Shown one piece after another: positions 37,083-44,413 of a stretch of 44,413 nt of DNA. Each line of letters opens with the position of its first letter. The stretch's first letter is position 1. This DNA is from Basidiobolus meristosporus CBS 931.73 (Eukaryota; Fungi; Basidiobolomycota). Under the pieces are notes generated by a model. That model was not told where the DNA came from. It made no database searches and was given only the letters and a program-made list of their open reading frames with translations. A program made the translations under genes and the position numbers. The DNA lies in contig MCFE01000695.1 in the NCBI GenBank assembly GCA_002104905.1, positions 1 through 44,413 on the forward strand, written 5' to 3'.

Positions 37083-38290
37083 TTTTGCCAATGTAGTTTT
37101 GCATTTTAATAAAATATAAGGGTGCTAACAAGAACAGAATAAAGTTAACTTATGTGTACATCAAATGATTCAAATACTGGCTAGATGGATGTTACGTAGG
37201 AGCAAGAAGCTCAGTAACCTCAAAGGACAGATATGATGAATGGGCCACCTACATCATCCAAATGAGTATAAAAGTGGAGAAAGTAGACATAATCCTTCAT
37301 AAACAACAAGAAGCATGGAAGCAGGCAGTAGCTGGGTAGATGCCAGGAGTGAAGGTAGAGTACAAAGAGAGCAAGGAAGGGGACAAGGATGTGGAAGAGG
37401 ATGTGGAACTGGGCGCGGAAGGGGAAGAGGGCAAGGAAGTGGCCAAATCCAAGAGGAGCATGAAGGAGGTGTTGCAGAAACGTGAATGATGCAGAGCAAG
37501 TTGCTGTAGTCACTGCCAGGCGGCGGGTCAACCAAGTTTCCCAAGCATTGTCAGAGGTCTGACAAGAACTTCTGGAATATAGGACAACATTGCACCATGA
37601 GATATTGCGATGTATGTGCCAGGAGATTAAACAGAGGAGGGGTGATATTGTAAAGCTAAATCAGGATATTGCTGGACTTCAAGCCCAGATTGATTTCAGT
37701 TTCCACCATTCTACTGAGGCATTAGTGGCACAAATGGTGGAAAAGTTTGCCTGCATCAGGGCAAGCAATGAGCAGGGTGCATCTTCCAACCCAGGTGTAC
37801 TTGTGAGCAACAGTATTGGAGGGGATACTACTTCCTCCCTTGAACCTACCATAAGCCAAGAGACAAGAGCAGAATCCTCCACAACAATGAGAATGGCCCC
37901 CATGCAGGGTGATATGGAAGTGTGCAAAGAAGACATGGAGAAGCAGAGTGGGGATACTATATGCCAACCAGAAACTGTAATGGAGGCGGAGAGACCAAGT
38001 CATATTGTCATCTTAAAAATACCACAGGTTGATTCATTGCTATCACTTCCCCCATCATCACTATCTGTGCCCCCATCACCACTGCCATCCTCTGGCTAAC
38101 TTGAGTAAATAAAGAATTTCCACCATCCCAAATCAATGAATTGACAAGTAATAAGTTGAACTGATAAGATTAACAATTTGCAGACTAATATATGTAAAGT
38201 ATGTAGTACTTAAAAGCTTTCAAGTTGTGGTGTATTATCAAGTATTCACCATCACATAAATCATGCAGTAGTTGTTGTATCCCTATCCCA

Positions 38291-39345
38291 ATGGCATTGG
38301 AAGCCGGCAGTTACAAGGAGCATTGGAAAAGTTTTGGTGTTTACCTGGCAACAGTGGCAGGTGTAACAAAACGCAGCTATTGCTTGATGACCATTACCCT
38401 GTCTATGAGATACTTGCTATTATATGGAGGGTATTCTGTTGAGCACTTTCAAGACAGCAAAATATCCCCGCCTTATGATGAGCGTAGAGCTAAAGAAACA
38501 TCTGGCTGTGGAATACTCTATGAACCCAGCTCAAAGGTTCAAATGATTCACCTTGCAGATTTACATGGTGATGAAGACATCACAGTGACAGTTCTCCCAG
38601 CTCCATACAACATATCAACTACAGAGGCAGCCAAAGGGGTGATTTTAATTGGCAACAGCTGTGCTAGTGACCACAAGAATCTCTACATATATGGTATTTT
38701 GAGCTCAGCCGTAGAGAATACTCAGGGCAACATAAAAGTGCCAAAAAACGGGGGGAAAAAGCAATACAAAGCAAGAGTGGGGAGACAATCAGTAGAAGAC
38801 TGAGCAAGCTGGAGGTAATCACATACAAAGATGGCAATGGATGCTCCAGAGTATTGGAGACAAGGCCATTCTTGAATAATCCGGCAAATGTGCCTTCAGC
38901 AAGAGGTTGGGCAGTTCTTACGTACCCATTTGATTGCTTATTCTTGCTGGGCAGCTATCCTACACCATTGGAACCACCTTATACTCAACCAAATGGGAGT
39001 CTTTTAAACAAGTTCTACTGTTTGAAATTGCAAACTGGTGATTGGGAAAGACAATATGTACACTTAGCAATACAGGAGCTTGGAGAAAACTTTATTGCTG
39101 TGGTAAACAAGTATGGCAACCAAATCCAATACATCAACAATGCAAATGTTACATTCACCTATGATGTCAATAATCAGATCTGGATTTACCCTCCCAATCT
39201 AAGTCAGGAAGAAATGAGTACAAAGCAGCTACTAGGGCACATTCTTAATGAAGTGGCAGCAATCTCTCAGCGGCACAAGAGGGAAGGCAAAGGAAGTGCT
39301 GAGACTGAAAATATCTTGAAGCATAGTGCCCATGGTCTTACTTAG
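38291..39345 (+). CDS. Kelch-like repeat protein, split by one frameshift; ends at the LINE target site
   Basis: RYLLLYGGY, KNLYIYG, VPSARGWAVLT..LFLLG and LLNKFYCLKLQTGDWE resemble Kelch blades. The frame change falls at or near the A6-C-G6-A5 run at about 38743-38760. Confidence 0.5.
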
Positions 39346-39347
39346 GG

Positions 39348-40132
39348 GAGGGAAAGTCACCAAGGTAGGTGAAATCTTTATTTGACTTTAGACAAGTCTA
39401 ACTACAAATAAAGAAGCCAGTTGGGAATAGAATATTCCCAAAGTAAACACTAAGTTGAATATGAATAAATCTAAGCTAAAGTTAAGGCAGTATCCCAGAG
39501 TACACTGGAGTTCAGGTTCATGGGGGAGTGGAGTAGATAAGCTTGAGAGATATGATAATCTTTGAGGAAGTGGGTAACAGCAGGTGAAGGGGAGTTTTTG
39601 ATAAGTGAAGTGAATCTTGAGAGCAGAGATTCCTCTAAGGAGAAGGTCTTGTAAACTGGAGAATCAGGAAACTCTTTGAAGGCATGGTCAGTAGGCTCCC
39701 AGTAAAGCTGGTCAGAGACATTTTGAGAGAACTCTTTAGCAATACTTTTGTCAAGTACTACCTCCAGAGTGTGATGGTTGATAAATCTCATGTTAACAAT
39801 CTTGGATAAGTTGTAACCTTGTTGCTTGAGATACATCCTATGCTCAGATATAGGAATAAACTCCACATTGGCAAAGTAGCAGACAGCCCAGTCAGTAGCA
39901 GGAGGCAAATTGGAAGTGGCAGGAAACTTTCTTTTAGTCTTGGGAGGAGCAGCAGGATGTCTTGAGGAAGCAGGAACAGACTTTTTGACAACTTCAGAGT
40001 AAGAAGAATGAGCAGGAGCAGATGATTCTTGGGGAGTCTTGTTGGCAGGAAGAGTTGGCTCAGGGACAATAGATTCTTGCAGATCAGAGAAGGCAGAAAA
40101 GAGCTTTTGAACTTGTTTCTTGAGTAGGGCAT
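39348..40132 (-). mobile_element. Element B: 5'-truncated ORF1-only LINE derivative with the family 3' end, flanked by TTAGGG (39342-39347 and 40133-40138)
   Basis: Open frame 40132-39471 is homologous to the ORF1 C-terminal half (NLPPATDWAVCYF..PIS..R..L....LSKIVN). It is followed directly by a ~125-nt 3' UTR ending like element A, with no ORF2. Confidence 0.85.
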
Positions 40133-40194
40133 TTAGGGGGAGACAGTCACCAACAGGTGAAATCTTTATTTCAGTTGAAACAAAGAAGCCAGTG

Positions 40195-42961
40195 CTACTG
40201 TTGTAGCTTTGATACAAGAGTGTGTAGCTGAGGGGAATTTGTAGGTAAGTTAATAAGAAGTGATGATAGTTCTTCAGTGCTCAAGACACTGTTCAGTGGG
40301 AAGGGGGGTAGCAAGAGAGGTAAGAATGACTTGTGAACAACATTAATGAGGGGAATGTGATAAGGATTGATATTCATCATAAAGGAAGTGTGCTGCTGCA
40401 GATATTGCTGCCAAAGGTCTGTCAAGTACTTCAGGTAGGCCAGCTTGGGTTTTCTGACTGCAGAATATAGTGAGCAAACTTCTTGACTTCAGGATCTCCA
40501 AGTATAGTTCTCCGGCAGGAGCCAGGTGTTGTGTGGTGTGTTCTCTTCCAGGCCTTAATCAGTGGGTTGTTGCAGTTGTGAAGTCTGAGGTATAATCTGG
40601 TTCTAAGGTAGAGAAGTCTGATCTTATAGGGCATAAACCCAAAAGCACCAAGAATAGCATGTCTGTAGGGGCATTCAGGCAAATGAGGCACCAGGGAGGT
40701 AATGCACCATACTGCAAACTTGTCAAGCTTAGTGCAGTCTCTAGAAGTAAGAGAGAGAAGTGGTAAGCCAAATTCCAGGACAGGGAAGACAAACTGCTTG
40801 AGTAGAAGAAGGCAGCTGGGAGCTGAAGTTGTAGGAGGAGTAACAGCCAGTAGCTTGTGGAGTGCTTGTCTTGCAAGGATAATTCTCTTCTTCAGGTGTG
40901 CTCCAGAGTCTAGTCCAGTAGGAAGGAAAGGAAAGCCAAGATATGTAGCAGAAACCTGAGCAGGTAGAGTGGAGTTCTCTAAGTTGATGGGAGAGCCCAA
41001 AGGTACTGTCTTTGCAATGGAAAGCTGGAGATTATTCTTCTGCAGATACTGGTGGATGGCCTGGGAGTCTTGTTGCACATTGGAGGAGGATATTCTGATG
41101 TCATCAGCAAAGAGAGTAACCAGGCAGTCAGCTGAGAGTCTTGGGAAATCATTCAGGAAGATGGCAAACAGTATAGGACCAGCACAGAGCCTTGAACCAC
41201 TCCATTAGGAACTGAGAACACAGCTGATTGCTCACTTGGGTGCAGAATTCTTGCTTGTGGATCCAGAAACAGAGACCTGACAAGGAGGGTGAGAGAGGTA
41301 CTGGAGAAGCATTGCAACTTAGACCAAAGCAGATTTCTGTCAACAGAATCAAAGGCCTTAGTAATATCAAACAGAACAGAGGGATACTTGCACTGGAGAG
41401 AGTGATCTTGGCTAAGTATGACTGCATATTCCAAGGAGAGGCCAGGAACAAAGCCAAACTGTGCAGGATGAAACTTGAGGGAGTCAGAGTAGAGCTCCTG
41501 AGCAAGCAGAAGCTCAAACACCTTTCTGCAGGTGGGCAGCAGAGATATTGGCCTGTAGGAGCTAGGATCCAGGTGCTTTCCTTTACCCTTGTACAGTGGC
41601 AGAACATTTGCAAAGGACCATTCCTCAGGAGTAGAAAGCTGGGCTGAGCATTGCTGAAACAGTGGAAGCAGAAGTGCAGACATGGCCTTGGTACTAGTCT
41701 TCAGAAGCTCATAAGAGATTGTGTCCACACCTGGAGCAGTAGAGTTGGGAAGCCTCTTGAGCACATTATGGATTCTCCTTTGATCAAGTGCAAGTGGGAT
41801 GGGCAGAGTCTTGAAGTCAGGATGAAAGCCAGGAGTTGAGTACTGCTTTGTAGAGAAGAAGATGTTAGCCAGCTGTTCTGTTGAAGGTAACTTCCTGGAA
41901 GAGGGCCTCATTGCCCTGTAGAGTCTTGATACTGTTCTTGTTATAGAGTTGGAAGATTGCAGAGGCAAGGAACTCATAATATGATCCCAGAGCTGAGTAT
42001 GCAGAGTGTGGTGAATTGCCTTGGAGTGGTGTATTGCTGTCAGGAGGAGTTTCTCTGTTTTTGGGTTAGGGAAACTCAGGTAGCTTTGTTGCAGGGCTGA
42101 AACAATGGATTCCCATTTTCTTGAGGTAACAGCAGTAGTCTTGCATGGCAGTGAGAGGGAGGCAGACACCAGAATCAGATGCTTCACAAAGAGCCAGGCA
42201 TAGTTGAGATCATCTGGCAGAGAAAGTAGCAAACTGGCAAGCTTCAAGTAGTTCCCAAAGTCTTTCTTCTGATTCTTGGTAGCTTTGTGGGTGAGCACAG
42301 TAAGTTTTGGCAGCTTCTTCTTCACAACTGGTTGCATAGAAAGGGACCAGGCTGGGTGGTCAGAGGCTCTCAAGGATCCTAGCTCAGCTCCAGAGAATTG
42401 CTTAACTTCATTCACAAAGTAGAGGGCAGCAGCAGAAGGGCAGATCCAGTCAACACATCTTTTCTCAGATTGAGCACCTAGTGCTAGCAGATGGCTTTCT
42501 CTCAGGAAGTTCAGTAGGAATGTAGACCTTGGCTTCATTCTTGCAGTCAGAGTAGTCTTGTTCTCAGGATGGGGAATGTTGAGATCTCCAAGCAAGATAA
42601 TAGGTGTTGATATAGATTGCTGGTATTGCTGAACTTTCTGGCATATAACTTGCACTTCCTGAAGGGCAAGACTTGGAGGCAGATAGCAGAGCACCAGACT
42701 GATAGTTGGCAACTGGAGAGCAGCACAGTAAGGGGAGTAAAGAGGAACACAGAGCTGAGGAGTATTGATGGTAGAAGAGATGAAGCAGATAGAGGAGGTA
42801 TTCTTTGTTCTAGGAGTAGAAAAGCAATATAGATTAGTCAAAAGTATAGAGGGTAGCTGGACATCAATCAAACACAGGAGGGAAAATCTTGAAAGAAGTC
42901 TCTCTAGAGTTGGTCTTGATGGCTGTATGCTGTTGCAGTTAAGCAACAGAACTTCAGGTAG
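40195..42961 (-). CDS. LINE ORF2: AP-like endonuclease + reverse transcriptase, about 920 codons, two 1-bp deletions relative to copy 1
   Basis: LLLNCNSI, CYLPP, LLGDLN, VDWI and SDH (APE), plus the RT motifs FDITKAFDSVDR, GVVQGSVL and LFADD. Deletions near 41180 and 40450. No RNase H seen. Confidence 0.93.
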
Positions 42962-44278
42962 TCAGGCAGAGGTTGTAGCTTCTTCAGAGGCAGCATTGAC
43001 AATGTGACCTGCAGAGTCCCAGAGCTCTTCAAATGGTGCATCACTTAAGTCAGCAAGGAGGGAAATGGCATGGTTCTTGAGGAAGTATGCCACATCATAG
43101 GAGGGGGCTTGTCTCTTGATGGCAGCAAAGAAAGACAGAATGGCAACATGGGCTGGAGGCTTGTTGAACAGTAGAGAGTCAGAGGATTCAGATTCTTCAG
43201 GCACTATCTTGAAGTCAGTTTTCAGCCAGTTAAGGTTCTTCTCCACAAAGGCAACAAATGGGTCAGCAATGTTTTGGTCTAGGATAACCTCCAGAATCTT
43301 CCCTTTTCTCCAGGCCAGGTTGACAATTCTTGAGAGCTGAATATTGCATGCCTTGAGTGCTTTCCTGATGTTGGAAATGGGAGTCCAGGGAACTTGCTTC
43401 AAGTACACCACAGTCCAGGTAGAAGCTGGTGGTAGGTTTGCTGGGGGCTTGTAAGTCCTTCTGTGTGGCAATGGAGCTGCAGTAGTCAGATTGGAGTCCA
43501 CATTCTCAGTAGAGGGTTTTCTTGATGTGTCTTGCTGAATGGTACTGGAGCTGGATGTGCTGATAATTCTTGCTAGAACCTTGCCTGCATAAGTCTGAGG
43601 TATAGCTGAGGTGACTGTAGAGGTGGTGGCAGCTGGTGCAGGTGGAGAGGCAGAAACTGAAGCAGGAACTGAGGTCACCTGGGAGAAGGCAGTAGAAGCA
43701 GGTTTTCTGGGAGGAACAGAGTTCACTATCCAGTTGTTCTGTAAAACACTGGAGTAGCTTTTCTGTGGAACAGGATCTTGCTCTTGAACAGGAACAGAAG
43801 CAGGAGGCTGGGGCTGAGCAGTAGTGGTAAGGCAGTGGCACTCCAAGGAAGCTTTTTGCAAGGCATCTCTGGCAGTTTTCAGGGCAGTATTGGCTTCATT
43901 CTTGAGCTTCTTGCATTGGGCATCCAGTCTCTTGTTTTCAATAGCCAGGGCAGTATTGGCAGCCTCTAAATCAGCAATTCTCTTCTCAATTGCAAGGAAT
44001 CTCTGAAGAAATGCATCAGTAGAAGTGCTGGCATCTGGGAGAGCAGTGGCAGGAATAGAGTCCATTGACAGTGGGCTTCTTGGAGGCAAGGAAAGTGGAC
44101 TGGCAGATTCAGGCACAAAAGGAGATATCCTGGCAGGAGGAGAAGGAGTATCCAAGGCAGTAACAGAGGCAATTCTTGTTGGTGAAGCAGCAGCAGGGGA
44201 GGCAAGCCTGTTCAGAAACTGGGCAGGAGAGAGTGCTTGAGGAGAGGGAGTCTTCAGCTTGCCAAGCATGTCTTCCAT
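42962..44278 (-). CDS. LINE ORF1 (gag-like): S/P-rich N-terminus, coiled coil, conserved C-terminal domain, no CCHC knuckle seen
   Basis: 438-aa open frame directly upstream of ORF2. Heptad region LAIEKRIADLEAANTALAIENKRLDAQCKKLK. The C-terminal domain is shared with element B. Confidence 0.9.
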   Translation of the reverse strand: MEDMLGKLKTPSPQALSPAQFLNRLASPAAASPTRIASVTALDTPSPPARISPFVPESASPLSLPPRSPLSMDSIPATALPDASTSTDAFLQRFLAIEKRIADLEAANTALAIENKRLDAQCKKLKNEANTALKTARDALQKASLECHCLTTTAQPQPPASVPVQEQDPVPQKSYSSVLQNNWIVNSVPPRKPASTAFSQVTSVPASVSASPPAPAATTSTVTSAIPQTYAGKVLARIISTSSSSTIQQDTSRKPSTENVDSNLTTAAPLPHRRTYKPPANLPPASTWTVVYLKQVPWTPISNIRKALKACNIQLSRIVNLAWRKGKILEVILDQNIADPFVAFVEKNLNWLKTDFKIVPEESESSDSLLFNKPPAHVAILSFFAAIKRQAPSYDVAYFLKNHAISLLADLSDAPFEELWDSAGHIVNAASEEATTSA

Positions 44279-44413
44279 CAGAGTGATACCAATATTCCTG
44301 GTGCATTTGCAGAGAAAAGTAAGCTTCCTGAGTCTGCCAGCTCTTCCATTCCTTCTGATAGTTCCTTTGTTTCCACAGTTGGGGCAAGAAATCTTCTTGA
44401 CAGACTTGTCAAA

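Larger units (their letters stand above)
40139..44413 (-). mobile_element. LINE copy 2: near full-length APE-RT non-LTR retrotransposon; 5' end outside the window
   Basis: ORF1 + ORF2 + 3' UTR, with the 3' end joined to TTAGGG at 40133-40138. Confidence 0.97.

Noticed and set aside
40195-40217. N-terminal extension of the 248-aa ORF 39471-40217
   Set aside because: Residues encoded by 40133-40217 come from the 3' end of LINE copy 2. The ORF is a chance fusion across the insertion junction.

Overview
Eukaryotic window, most likely from an early-diverging fungus. This is an inference from short GT-AG introns with CTAAC branch points, a cytochrome-b5/acyl-CoA dehydrogenase fusion and a DHA1 MFS gene. 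The left ~25 kb is gene-dense: RPL17, an AVT1-like amino-acid transporter, V-ATPase subunit H, RPL38, TFIIS, a USP-domain gene, an acyl-CoA dehydrogenase, an MFS transporter and a GH89/NAGLU remnant, with some decayed transposon DNA between them. The right ~19 kb is a nest of mobile elements. Its main feature is a family of APE-endonuclease/RT non-LTR retrotransposons. Four insertions, all on the - strand, abut the telomere motif TTAGGG at their 3' ends, sit as head-to-tail pairs and show no poly(A) tail. All four share a 3' terminal AATAAA + hairpin signal. The two copies that retain the ORF1/ORF2 junction have both ORFs in one frame, separated by a single UGA-CUA stop followed by a hairpin, which suggests programmed readthrough. 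One insertion appears to be an ORF1-only partner element. A young Ty1/copia element with a Ty5-type half-tRNA primer site is nested in one LINE copy. Also present are a solo LTR, a ~735-bp foldback palindrome, a ~155-bp tandem repeat and a strongly base-paired TFIIS intron. All alignments, identities and counts were done by eye.
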